A DNA stretch of 64,000 nt, taken from positions 87,066-151,065 of the forward strand of contig CACEWP010000002.1 of NCBI GenBank assembly GCA_902563305.1. Reading direction: 5' to 3'. Shown here piece by piece: positions 39,656 to 48,884 of the stretch. The position numbers and the translations under genes are program-made. Position 1 is the stretch's first letter. Every line of letters starts with the position of its first letter. The DNA is from an uncultured Alphaproteobacteria bacterium. GTDB lineage: Bacteria; Pseudomonadota; Alphaproteobacteria; Methylaequorales; Methylaequoraceae. Below the pieces are notes generated by a model, which worked only from the letters and a program-made list of their open reading frames with translations, was not told the DNA's origin and ran no database searches.

Positions 39656-40456
39656 TTATTGTTTTTTAAACTTTAGTGTCATTCTGTCGCTTTCACCAAT
39701 TGACAGATAAAATGATTTATTTTTTTCGCCTTCAGATAACCTTGGCGGTAATGTCCAAACCCCTTTTTTATAATTCTTAAGATCCTTGTAATTAGCATTT
39801 ATTTCAGATTTATCTATTAACTTAAACCCATGTTTTTCGATATGTTTTATAAGAAATGATTCTTTTACGTAACCCTTTTGAAAATTGAAGTTTGAAGATT
39901 CATCTGCTCTATGTTGAACTATTCCAAGAATTCCGTTTTTTTTGAGAGATTTATGAAATGATTTAAAAATATTTTCAGATTTTTTCTGATCTAAAAAGTT
40001 GTGCGTGTTTCTAAATGTTAATATTAAATCAAAATAATTTTCATAATTTTTCACTCTGAATTGTTCATCAATTAAAACGTATTTTAATTTTCCAAAATTT
40101 TTTTCTTCTTTTTTAAAATAATCAACAAATTCTTTTTGAATTTTAGTAATTATATCTGCAGCATATGACGGATTTTCATATGTTGCTACATAAAAGTTAT
40201 CTGTACCATTCATATATTTACTAATTATTTCTGTATACCAACCTCTCCCAGGTATTATTTCTAGAACTTTTTTATCTCTTCTAACACCAAAAAAACTTAG
40301 TGTTTCAACTGGGTTTCTGAATTCATCTCTTTTTTTATTAATTTCTTTTCTAAATGGATTATTGACAGCATCGTTTATTAAATTTTTTTCAGCAATTACT
40401 TGTTCTGAAAAAGAAAAGAAAATAAATAACAAATAAATAAAAAAAAGTTTTATCAT
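39656..40456 (-). CDS. secreted class I SAM-dependent methyltransferase-like protein
   Basis: Signal peptide; motif I VLEIIPGRGWYT, motif II/III-like DLILTF and LKKNGILGIV. Confidence 0.45.
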   Translation of the reverse strand: MIKLFFIYLLFIFFSFSEQVIAEKNLINDAVNNPFRKEINKKRDEFRNPVETLSFFGVRRDKKVLEIIPGRGWYTEIISKYMNGTDNFYVATYENPSYAADIITKIQKEFVDYFKKEEKNFGKLKYVLIDEQFRVKNYENYFDLILTFRNTHNFLDQKKSENIFKSFHKSLKKNGILGIVQHRADESSNFNFQKGYVKESFLIKHIEKHGFKLIDKSEINANYKDLKNYKKGVWTLPPRLSEGEKNKSFYLSIGESDRMTLKFKKQ

Positions 40457-40457
40457 T

Positions 40458-40955
40458 TTAAATTACACTATCTATCATATCATCGATTGAAAATTCTTTA
40501 TTGACTGCATTAGTTATTAAACCCAAATCTTTTTCATTTCTTATATCCCATCCTAAAGGAGCTTTCTTTGTAAGTCCAGATCTACATGAATATGAAAAAA
40601 CTTTAAAATCTTTGACTATTTCGTGTGGTGAATACTTTTTTTCCTTGTCATGTTCGTATGGATCCTTTTTGAAAATCCCTTTTCGGTTTGGTTTAACATC
40701 CATAATTATGCTGTAAGTGAAATGATTAAGAAGAAGAAATGGATCTTTTGCTTTGACTTCTCCCAAAAATTGTATAAATGCAATTGAAGAGGTCTCTATT
40801 TCTTCTGGGGTTATTTCATCATAAAACTCTGAGAAATATGAAATGAACTTCTTCGTACTAATAAAGATGTCTACATCATTTACTATATAATCGTAAACTG
40901 TTTGAGAAATAATTACTTTAAATAACCATTCTGGACAATATCTTTCTTTACTCAT
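40458..40955 (-). CDS. hypothetical protein (165 aa)
   Basis: ORF with tight spacing in the same gene run; no recognised motif. Confidence 0.3.
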   Translation of the reverse strand: MSKERYCPEWLFKVIISQTVYDYIVNDVDIFISTKKFISYFSEFYDEITPEEIETSSIAFIQFLGEVKAKDPFLLLNHFTYSIIMDVKPNRKGIFKKDPYEHDKEKKYSPHEIVKDFKVFSYSCRSGLTKKAPLGWDIRNEKDLGLITNAVNKEFSIDDMIDSVI

Positions 40956-40957
40956 AA

Positions 40958-41275
40958 TTATATTTTTTTAATGAAGTTTTCAGCATAAGACTTTTTTATT
41001 AAAATCTTATGATTGGGTTCCATAACCTCAAAACTATAGTTATTTTTTTTTGCAAAATTTATAGCAGAATCAAGGTCACTAAAAAATAATTTAATTTGTT
41101 TTTCAGGATTTGATGAACCATTCCAACAATACTTACTGCTGATGAACGATTCATTAATATCTTTATTTGTAAGACACCATTTCTTTGAGTTTTTTAAGCC
41201 TGATTGCATAGCTGATTTAGAAGGTTTAAATATTAAAAACTTATTTTTCTTCATATTTTTTAAATCCTTTTTCAA
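40958..41275 (-). CDS. ETC complex I NDUFS4 (18-kDa subunit)-like protein
   Basis: LIFKPSKSAMQSGLKNSKKWCL matches the pfam04800 core (IYKP.K.AMQSG..K.K.W.L), common in alphaproteobacteria. Confidence 0.6.
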   Translation of the reverse strand: MKKDLKNMKKNKFLIFKPSKSAMQSGLKNSKKWCLTNKDINESFISSKYCWNGSSNPEKQIKLFFSDLDSAINFAKKNNYSFEVMEPNHKILIKKSYAENFIKKI

Positions 41276-42413
41276 GGTCCATTATTAAATCTTCTGTTGA
41301 TTCTAAACCAATATGAATTCTAAACCAATAAAATGAATTTTTATAGTAATTTATAGAAGGTTTAAGTTGATTTAAAGGAAGAATCAAACTTTCATATCCA
41401 CCCCAACTGAAGCCAATTTTGAAAAAATCTAAGGAATCTAAAAATTTATTTATTTTATTGGTTTTTATTATAGAGAAAGTTATTAATCCGTTTGCATTTT
41501 TAAAATACTTTTTCCAGAGTAGGTGGTGAGTATTATTTTTATCTGGCAAGAAAAAAATATCATTAACGTATTTATTCTTTTTTAAATATTCAAAGATTAC
41601 ATTTGCATTTTCTTGATGTTTTTTTAACCTAATATTAAGAGTTCTTAGACCTCTTATTGAAGTGTAACAAGAATCAGATGAGACATAATCTCCTAAACGT
41701 ACTGCAGTTTTTTTAATTTTTTTAAAATTATTATTAGAGCAAGCAATAATTCCGCAAAAATTATCTGAATGGCCAGAGATATATTTTGTACACGACTCAA
41801 TAACAACATCAACTCCCCATTTTAATGGATTAAACCCCTTAAACGTTGCCCATGTATTATCCATAATAGTTACAATTTTATTTTTTTTTGCAATTTTTAC
41901 AATTTTTTCTATATCCTCTACTTCAAAATTTAATGAACCAGGAGATTCAATGTAAATTATCCTTGTTTTTTTATTTATTAGTTTAATTAATTTTTCAATG
42001 TTATTGTTCTTGTAAAAACGTGTTTTAATTCCAAATCTTAGAAGTTCTTTATCACAAAAATTAAAAACTGGCTCATAGCAATTTTCAGTGACTAGAATTT
42101 CATCTCCTTTGTTTAAGAACGATAATAAGGTGATGGTTATTGCTGACAAGCCAGAACTTGTAATGATTGAGGCCTCGCTTTCATATAGTTTACATACAAT
42201 TTGTTCGAATCTTTTAACTGAATAATTCCCTAATCTTCCATAATAAGGAAGTTTGAATTTATTTTTTTTTGCTCGTAAAAAACTATCATAATTTTTAAAA
42301 ATAATAGTAGAGGTTTTGTAAATTGGATCGCTAAGTGAGCCAAAATGTATATCCGGATCACTACCTAATTTTATTAATTTTGACTCAGTTTTATTTTTCC
42401 CCATTCTGCCCAT
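41241..42413 (-). CDS. PLP-dependent trans-sulfuration enzyme (cystathionine beta-lyase / gamma-synthase family)
   Basis: 390 aa; PLP-lysine motif TKYISGHSD; true start probably a few codons inside (overlaps the upstream gene by 40 nt). Confidence 0.75.
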   Translation of the reverse strand: MGRMGKNKTESKLIKLGSDPDIHFGSLSDPIYKTSTIIFKNYDSFLRAKKNKFKLPYYGRLGNYSVKRFEQIVCKLYESEASIITSSGLSAITITLLSFLNKGDEILVTENCYEPVFNFCDKELLRFGIKTRFYKNNNIEKLIKLINKKTRIIYIESPGSLNFEVEDIEKIVKIAKKNKIVTIMDNTWATFKGFNPLKWGVDVVIESCTKYISGHSDNFCGIIACSNNNFKKIKKTAVRLGDYVSSDSCYTSIRGLRTLNIRLKKHQENANVIFEYLKKNKYVNDIFFLPDKNNTHHLLWKKYFKNANGLITFSIIKTNKINKFLDSLDFFKIGFSWGGYESLILPLNQLKPSINYYKNSFYWFRIHIGLESTEDLIMDLEKGFKKYEEK

Positions 42414-43231
42414 GATCCGTCATACAATTTAACATTTTTACATCCTAATATATTTAGAGCAAAAATAATATTACAAGCTGTAACTCCTGACCCACAATAA
42501 CATATTATGATATTATTTTTTTCAATTTTATTTTTTGTAAATATAATATTTTCCAATTGACTAAAATTTTTGATAGAAGAATTATTATCAATAATACTAT
42601 CGAATGGAATGTTTATACTAAACATTATGTTTCCCTTTTTTAAATTTGGTCTTGGCTCCTCTACATTTCCGAAATATCTATTTTCAGGTCTTGCGTCAAT
42701 AATTTTGGTATTGCTTTTTTTATTAATTATTATTTTTTCTAATTCTTTTTTTGAAATAATATTATTTGAAGCAGTGGTTTTTAGATTAAAATTTGATTTA
42801 ATAATTTTTTTAACAACATTTGTTGTTGGTAATTTAAGTTTTTTCCATTTTTTTATTCCTCCATTCAAAATTTTTATCTTTTTAAAACCAAAAAACATAA
42901 ATGTAAACCATACTCTCGTAGAAGAAAAAAAACCTTCTTGATCGTATATAATAATTTGATGCTCATGGTTTAATCCATTTTTTTTCGCAAAATTAATAAA
43001 TTTATCTTTTTTAGGAATCATATGAGGTAAACTGATTGAATTATCTGACAACTTTTCAAGGTCAAAGAAAATTGCCCCTTCAAGATGAGATTTGTTATAT
43101 TCTTTTTGACCTTTATTAGGCTCGTTTAGAAACCATCTTGCATCGATAATTTTAATTTTTTCATTATCTTTTAAAGCTAAAAGCTCAGTAGAATTAATGA
43201 TGTAATTATTTAAAGGATTCTTTAAAGCCAT
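42374..43231 (-). CDS. sseA: 3-mercaptopyruvate/thiosulfate sulfurtransferase (tandem rhodanese)
   Basis: 285 aa; two rhodanese domains, active-site CYCGSGVTAC. Confidence 0.8.
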   Translation of the reverse strand: MALKNPLNNYIINSTELLALKDNEKIKIIDARWFLNEPNKGQKEYNKSHLEGAIFFDLEKLSDNSISLPHMIPKKDKFINFAKKNGLNHEHQIIIYDQEGFFSSTRVWFTFMFFGFKKIKILNGGIKKWKKLKLPTTNVVKKIIKSNFNLKTTASNNIISKKELEKIIINKKSNTKIIDARPENRYFGNVEEPRPNLKKGNIMFSINIPFDSIIDNNSSIKNFSQLENIIFTKNKIEKNNIIICYCGSGVTACNIIFALNILGCKNVKLYDGSWAEWGKIKLSQN

Positions 43232-44223
43232 TCTGGGATAGGTAGTTTTTTCTCTGATAGAAACTTTTTATTAAAAATTTTGCTTTCATACTTTGTTCCA
43301 TAGTCGCATAAAATTGTTACAATCTTTTTGTTTGGTCCAATCATTTTTCCTAGTTTTATTGCTCCCATTATATTGATTCCAGATGATCCTCCTAAAATCA
43401 AACCTTCTTTTTGAATCATTTTGTATACTATATCAAGTGCCTCTATGTCTGATATTTGAAAAGATTCATCAATAACTATATTTTCTAAATTTCTTGTAAT
43501 TCTTCCTTGTCCAATCCCTTCAGTAATAGACGTTCCAGATGATTCTAATTTACCTTCCTTGAAATAGTTATGCATTGCTGATCCCATTGGGTCAGCTAAA
43601 CCAATAATTATTTTTTTATTTTTTTCTTTTAAAAAATCTGATACGCCTGAGATTGTTCCACCAGTTCCTATAGAACAAATGAATCCGTCTATTTTTCCGT
43701 CAAGTTGATTATATATTTCAGGACCCGTTGAGAGATAATGAGCCTTTTTATTCGAAAGATTATCAAATTGATTGGCCCATAACACACCGTGTTCATTTAT
43801 TAACGTTTTAGATAAATTTTCAGAAAATCTAATATAATTTCCAGGATTTTTGTAAGGTAAAGCATCAACTAGTCTTAGGTCAGCACCGCACAATTTTAGC
43901 ATTTTCTTTTTTTCATTACTTTGTGTCTTTGGCATAACAATAATTGACTTCATTCCTAACGAATTTCCTACTAGGCAAAGACCTATCCCTGTATTTCCTG
44001 CAGTACCTTCAACAATTGTTCCTCCTTTTTCAATATTTTTATCTTTTATTGCATCTTGGATGATTTGAAGTGCAGGCCTATCTTTAACGGATCCTCCAGG
44101 GTTAAGAAATTCACATTTTCCATATATATCGCAACCTGAAATCTCGGAGGCGATCTGTAGTTTAATAATAGGAGTGTTGCCTATACATTCCGAAAAGTTA
44201 TTTTTAAGTCGACTAATTTTCAT
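43222..44223 (-). CDS. cysteine synthase / cystathionine beta-synthase family PLP enzyme
   Basis: 333 aa; PLP-lysine motif GGSVKDRPAL, glycine loop GTGGTISG. Confidence 0.8.
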   Translation of the reverse strand: MKISRLKNNFSECIGNTPIIKLQIASEISGCDIYGKCEFLNPGGSVKDRPALQIIQDAIKDKNIEKGGTIVEGTAGNTGIGLCLVGNSLGMKSIIVMPKTQSNEKKKMLKLCGADLRLVDALPYKNPGNYIRFSENLSKTLINEHGVLWANQFDNLSNKKAHYLSTGPEIYNQLDGKIDGFICSIGTGGTISGVSDFLKEKNKKIIIGLADPMGSAMHNYFKEGKLESSGTSITEGIGQGRITRNLENIVIDESFQISDIEALDIVYKMIQKEGLILGGSSGINIMGAIKLGKMIGPNKKIVTILCDYGTKYESKIFNKKFLSEKKLPIPEWL

Positions 44224-44316
44224 CTGGATTAATTTTTTAAAAAGATATTAAACTTTTTTTTGGTAAATCATATACAATAAGTAAACAATAGTTTAACTTA
44301 AAAATTTAATAAAATA

Positions 44317-45174
44317 ATGACAAATTTTTTTTTAAAAACTTTAGTTTTCTTATTTTTTATAAATAACCCAGCTTTTTCTTTTGAAGTTAAGTGGATAGTA
44401 GATGGTCTTAATGAACCTGAGTCGGTTATTTATGATAAAAAAAGTGATTCTATTTATATATCCAATATTAATGGTAGTCCACTTGAGCTTGATAAAAATG
44501 GTTACATCAGCAAAATTAGTGTAAATGGACAAATTTTAGAAAGAAAATGGGTAACGGGTCTAAATGCACCAAAGGGACTTGCTATACATGATAATTTTTT
44601 ATTTGTGGCTGATATAAACAAAATCTGGAAGATATCACTTTCTGATAAAAAAAAGATACATTTTTTGATAAATGATGCAGGTTTTCTTAATGACCTGGTG
44701 GCAAATAAAGATGGATCTATCTATGCTTCCGATATGTTTAAAAATAGAATTTACAGATTAAAAAATAATAAATTGAGTATTTGGAAACAAAGTAAATTAC
44801 TTGAGTCTCCCAATGGTCTACTTATTGAAGGAAATCACTTAATAATTGCCTGTTGGGGAAAAATAAAAAGTGGATTTGATACAGAAGTTAAAGGTAAGTT
44901 AATAAAGGTTAATCTTGAATCTAGACAAATTAAAAAATTTTTTAGTAGTCGTCCGATAGGGAACTTAGACGGTATAGTTTTTAATAAAAACGGTGGATAC
45001 TTATCCACGGACTGGGTAAATGGAAAACTAATTTCAATAAATAAAAAAGGCATTGTTACAGCAACAAAAAAAATTAATAAGGGTGCAGCAGATTTAGAAA
45101 TATTAATGCACAGAAATCTAATCTTAGTTCCAATGATGAGAAATAATAATCTTACTGCATTTGAATTTAATTAA
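44317..45174 (+). CDS. secreted SMP-30/gluconolactonase/LRE-like beta-propeller protein
   Basis: Signal peptide; repeats with ..PE(S/G).. and ..PNGL.. motifs. Confidence 0.4.
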   Translation: MTNFFLKTLVFLFFINNPAFSFEVKWIVDGLNEPESVIYDKKSDSIYISNINGSPLELDKNGYISKISVNGQILERKWVTGLNAPKGLAIHDNFLFVADINKIWKISLSDKKKIHFLINDAGFLNDLVANKDGSIYASDMFKNRIYRLKNNKLSIWKQSKLLESPNGLLIEGNHLIIACWGKIKSGFDTEVKGKLIKVNLESRQIKKFFSSRPIGNLDGIVFNKNGGYLSTDWVNGKLISINKKGIVTATKKINKGAADLEILMHRNLILVPMMRNNNLTAFEFN

Positions 45175-45894
45175 GTGAGTCTTAAATCTTTAAGTACAAA
45201 AAACTTATCTAAAAAATATGATAATAAAACAGTAATTAATGAGGTTACAATTAATTTACCTTCAAAAGGTATTTTTGGTGTTCTAGGGAAAAATGGAGCT
45301 GGTAAAACTACTTTTTTAGCTATGTTAATGGGTCTTATCAAACCAACATCCGGGAATATATCAATTTTTGAAAAATCTTTAGAATACCGTAAGTATGAAA
45401 TTCTAAAGGAGATTAATTTTCAAAGCCCATATGTAGAACTTCCTAAAAAGATGACAGTTGAACAAAATCTTCTTTTTTATGCAAGGTTATATGAAGTTAA
45501 AAATTCAAAAGAGAAGGTTCATAGACTCTCTAAAGATCTTTTAGTTACAAAATTACTTGATAGTAACTATGGTACATTATCTTCTGGTCAAAAGACCAGG
45601 GTGAATTTATGCAAAGCACTTTTAAATGATCCCAAGTTATTACTACTTGATGAGCCTACCGCATCTCTGGATGTTTCTACCTCAGAGTTTATAAGGAGAT
45701 ATTTAATAGATTTTCAAAAGAAAAATAATTCTGCTATTATTATTACTTCTCATAACTTAGATGAAATTGAAGAAATGTGCTCTTATATAATTCTTTTGGA
45801 TAAGGGTAAAGTTACTTTTGATGGAAGTAAGACCAGTCTTTTTAAAAATAATAAATACTCTTCCTTAAAGGAATTTTTTTTAAATGATAAATAG
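45175..45894 (+). CDS. ABC transporter ATP-binding protein (ABC-2 exporter type)
   Basis: Walker A GKNGAGKTT, ABC signature LSSGQK, Walker B LLLLDEP; GTG start. Confidence 0.8.
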   Translation: MSLKSLSTKNLSKKYDNKTVINEVTINLPSKGIFGVLGKNGAGKTTFLAMLMGLIKPTSGNISIFEKSLEYRKYEILKEINFQSPYVELPKKMTVEQNLLFYARLYEVKNSKEKVHRLSKDLLVTKLLDSNYGTLSSGQKTRVNLCKALLNDPKLLLLDEPTASLDVSTSEFIRRYLIDFQKKNNSAIIITSHNLDEIEEMCSYIILLDKGKVTFDGSKTSLFKNNKYSSLKEFFLNDK

Positions 45895-46675
45895 AATAAT
45901 AGCACTACTTATAAGGTATAAAAATATTGCTTTTGGGTCATTTCCAAGATTATTAAGTATTTTTTATTGGCCTACCGTACAAATTCTTTTCTGGGGATAT
46001 TTCACAAATTTTTTTGTTTCAAATAATGAAATGGGTGTTTGGACTGCATTAAACATAATTTTATCTGCAGTTGTGCTTTGGGATGTGCTTTTCAGAGGAC
46101 AATTGGGTTTAACGATGTCTTTTTTTGAAGAGTTGTGGTCTAGAAATCTACCTAATTTATTCATAACTCCAGTGAAAGACTATGAAATTGTAATTAGTTT
46201 AGTTTTAATAAGCTTTATCAGAACAATTATTGGCATCACTCCAGCAATTTTTTTTGCAAATTATTTTTTTGAATTTCATCTTTTTGAATTAGGAGTAAAT
46301 CTTATTTTTTTATTTGCAAATCTACTTATGATAGGGTGGTCGATTGGATTTATAGTTTCAGGTTTGGTTCTGAGATATGGTCAAGCATTCGAAGAATTAG
46401 CGTGGGCAATAATTTTTATAATCCTTCCTTTTTCATGTGTATATTACCCACTGAGTTCACTACCAGATTTAATTCAGAAAATTGCTATAATTTTACCAAC
46501 AGTGCATATTTTTGAATCAATGAGATTAATCCTAATTGAACAAAAGATTATTACTGGAAATTTTATACTAATTATAAGTTTAAATGTATTTTACATTACT
46601 TTAAGTATTAACTTTTTTTTAAAGATGATTGAAGTAGCCAGAGAGAAGGGATTATTATTTAATCAAGGTGAATGA
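45884..46675 (+). CDS. ABC-2 type exporter permease
   Basis: 263 aa, 6 TM helices, overlaps the ATPase gene by 11 nt (Wzm/Wzt-like arrangement). Confidence 0.7.
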   Translation: MINRIIALLIRYKNIAFGSFPRLLSIFYWPTVQILFWGYFTNFFVSNNEMGVWTALNIILSAVVLWDVLFRGQLGLTMSFFEELWSRNLPNLFITPVKDYEIVISLVLISFIRTIIGITPAIFFANYFFEFHLFELGVNLIFLFANLLMIGWSIGFIVSGLVLRYGQAFEELAWAIIFIILPFSCVYYPLSSLPDLIQKIAIILPTVHIFESMRLILIEQKIITGNFILIISLNVFYITLSINFFLKMIEVAREKGLLFNQGE

Positions 46676-46677
46676 TA

Positions 46678-47598
46678 TTATAACTTATATCTAACTGAAT
46701 TTTTGTCAGAATAATTGTAAATAAATAAACAAGATTCTTTTATTAAATTTAAATAATCTTTTCTCCCTAGAAACAAACAAATTTTATAGAAGCTCATTTT
46801 ATTGAATTTAGTTTTTTTCATTTCTCGACGAAACCACTTCTCAGTTCGGCCTAAAGACTTTTTACATGCAACTTTTATAATTGATTCTGCCATTTTATTT
46901 TCTTTAATAAAATAATATAAAGCCGCATTATAGTCATGAATTAGTTGTGTTTTTTGACTCACCATAATTCTATTTTTATCATCCTTAGGTCCGTAGGATG
47001 TCACATTATCTATAAAACTAAAATCACCTAATTTTGATAAACCCAAAACTAAAGAAAAATCTTCAACAAAAATCTTTTTATTACATCCACCGGTTTTTTT
47101 TATAGATTTGTTGCAATAAAGATTTGGAGTTGTGCCTGAAAAACTTGATCGAACCGTTTCTAAAAGAGGATTCTTTAGTATTCGAAAATTTTTTATATAA
47201 GCATTTTCATAATTAATTTTTTTATAACTTCTTAATAATTTGTAAGAACTAAATGCAGCTACGCTTTTTTTTTTGGTAATTGTTTTTAATAAAATTTCAG
47301 AACAAAATGGAGCCATAACATCATCTCCACCTACAAGCTTTATATAATCTCCCTTAGCTCTACTAATTCCAAATTGAGTGGCACTGGCTGGTCCAGAGTT
47401 ACTTTGATTTAAAATAATTGTATTTTTCCATCCTGCGGTTTTTTTTTTTATCAATTCAAGGGAACCATCTGTTGAGCCATCATTTACAAAAATATATTCT
47501 TTTTCAAACTCGCCAGTTTGATTCTTAATTGAGTTTAGAACATCTTTTAAATATTTTTTTTTATTAAATACTGGACAAATGAAACTTATTTTTGTCAT
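46678..47598 (-). CDS. family-2 glycosyltransferase
   Basis: N-terminal ISFICPVFNKKKYL...VNDGSTDGS GT2 motif. Confidence 0.7.
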   Translation of the reverse strand: MTKISFICPVFNKKKYLKDVLNSIKNQTGEFEKEYIFVNDGSTDGSLELIKKKTAGWKNTIILNQSNSGPASATQFGISRAKGDYIKLVGGDDVMAPFCSEILLKTITKKKSVAAFSSYKLLRSYKKINYENAYIKNFRILKNPLLETVRSSFSGTTPNLYCNKSIKKTGGCNKKIFVEDFSLVLGLSKLGDFSFIDNVTSYGPKDDKNRIMVSQKTQLIHDYNAALYYFIKENKMAESIIKVACKKSLGRTEKWFRREMKKTKFNKMSFYKICLFLGRKDYLNLIKESCLFIYNYSDKNSVRYKL

Positions 47599-47599
47599 T

Positions 47600-48601
47600 C
47601 TAGAAAAGTTTTTCTTTCCATGTTTTAGGTGTTTTTGAGTTTAAAATCTCAAGATCAAGGTGATATCTAAATTTTTTAATACCTTTATCTTTGATGAAAT
47701 CTATCATTTTCTTTAACCCGTCATCTAATTTGGTTTTTGTATTATAGTTCAATATTTTTCTTGCTTTGTCTGCACTACAAGTTGCCTCTAAAACTTCTTG
47801 GGGTCTTCCTTTTACATACTTTGGATTAAGATTAAATTTCAATTGATTGGCAATTTTCTCAGCTAAATTATTTATTGTGATAAATTCTTCATCAGGACCA
47901 ATGTTTATGATCTGACTTTTAACATCTTCATTTGTTGCCATCTCTTTTAAACAAAATAAATCATCATCAATGTAGGAAAAGCATCTTTTTTGTTCTCCGT
48001 TCCCGTAGATATAAGGTTGTCTATTTTGGAGCATTAGATTTATCATTATTGAAGCAACATTTCTGTAGGGATCATCATATTTTTGTCTAGGACCAATAAT
48101 ATTATGTGGAACAGCAATAACGTATTCAACATTGTGAACATTGCAAAGATTTTTTAAAATATCTTCTGCAGCAACTTTTGCTATTCCATAAGGATCTTGA
48201 GGTGCAGGTTTATAATCTTCCTTAAAGGGTACTTTATTTGTTCCGTACCTTGCCATTGAGGAACAATAGACAATTCTTTTAACTTTATTTTCAATTGCTG
48301 CACTAAATAATGACACTGATCCAGTTACAATGTTCTGAGTGATAAGATGAGGAGAAAATACAGACAGTCCTTCATAAGCCGTTGCGGCTGTGTGATAAAC
48401 TAAGTCACAACCTTTGGTGATTTTTAACATTGAATTTCTGAAACAACAATCGTATTGATAGAATTCAGCTTCGACTGGAACATTGTCAAGTTCACCACCA
48501 ATCAAGCTATCACAACCAACAACATGATGACCGTCTTTGATAAAGGCATCTGCTAGATGACTACCAAGAAAACCAGCTATTCCACTTATAAATATCTTCA
48601 T
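47600..48601 (-). CDS. NAD-dependent nucleotide-sugar epimerase/dehydratase (SDR extended family)
   Basis: GIAGFLGSHL Rossmann motif, Y-x3-K catalytic pair (YGIAK). Confidence 0.8.
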   Translation of the reverse strand: MKIFISGIAGFLGSHLADAFIKDGHHVVGCDSLIGGELDNVPVEAEFYQYDCCFRNSMLKITKGCDLVYHTAATAYEGLSVFSPHLITQNIVTGSVSLFSAAIENKVKRIVYCSSMARYGTNKVPFKEDYKPAPQDPYGIAKVAAEDILKNLCNVHNVEYVIAVPHNIIGPRQKYDDPYRNVASIMINLMLQNRQPYIYGNGEQKRCFSYIDDDLFCLKEMATNEDVKSQIINIGPDEEFITINNLAEKIANQLKFNLNPKYVKGRPQEVLEATCSADKARKILNYNTKTKLDDGLKKMIDFIKDKGIKKFRYHLDLEILNSKTPKTWKEKLF

Positions 48602-48607
48602 AAATTA

Positions 48608-48683
48608 TGGCTCCGGCGACAGGACTCGAACCTGTGACCCAGCGATTAACAGTCGCTTGCTCTACCAACTGAGCTACGCCGGA
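48608..48683 (-). tRNA. tRNA-Asn (anticodon GTT)
   Basis: Reverse complement folds as cloverleaf TCCGGCG...anticodon loop CTGTTAA...GGTTCGAGTCC...CGCCGGAGCCA. Confidence 0.85.
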
Positions 48684-48735
48684 ATTAGGGTTATAATAGT
48701 AAAATTTTTTGAATTGTAAAACATTTAAAAATACT

Positions 48736-48809
48736 TGGAGGTGCGGACCGGATTCGAACCGGTGTACACGGCTTTGCAGGCCGGTGCGTAGCCTCTCCGC
48801 CACCGCACC
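48736..48809 (-). tRNA. tRNA-Cys (anticodon GCA)
   Basis: Reverse complement GGTGCGG...anticodon loop CTGCAAA...GGTTCGAATCC...CCGCACCTCCA. Confidence 0.8.
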
Positions 48810-48884
48810 TCATTAAATTCTTAAACATTGTAATAAATATTAATACTTATATATTAAAGTTTAAATGATTAATAGCCTAATATA

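Noticed and set aside
44224-44316. Possible SAM/sulfur-responsive riboswitch in the divergent region upstream of the cysK-like gene
   Set aside because: No recognisable SAM-V or other riboswitch consensus seen by eye; region is simply AT-rich
48561-48803. 80-aa minus-strand ORF
   Set aside because: Overlaps both tRNA-Asn and tRNA-Cys; its translation is simply the tRNA sequences read as protein
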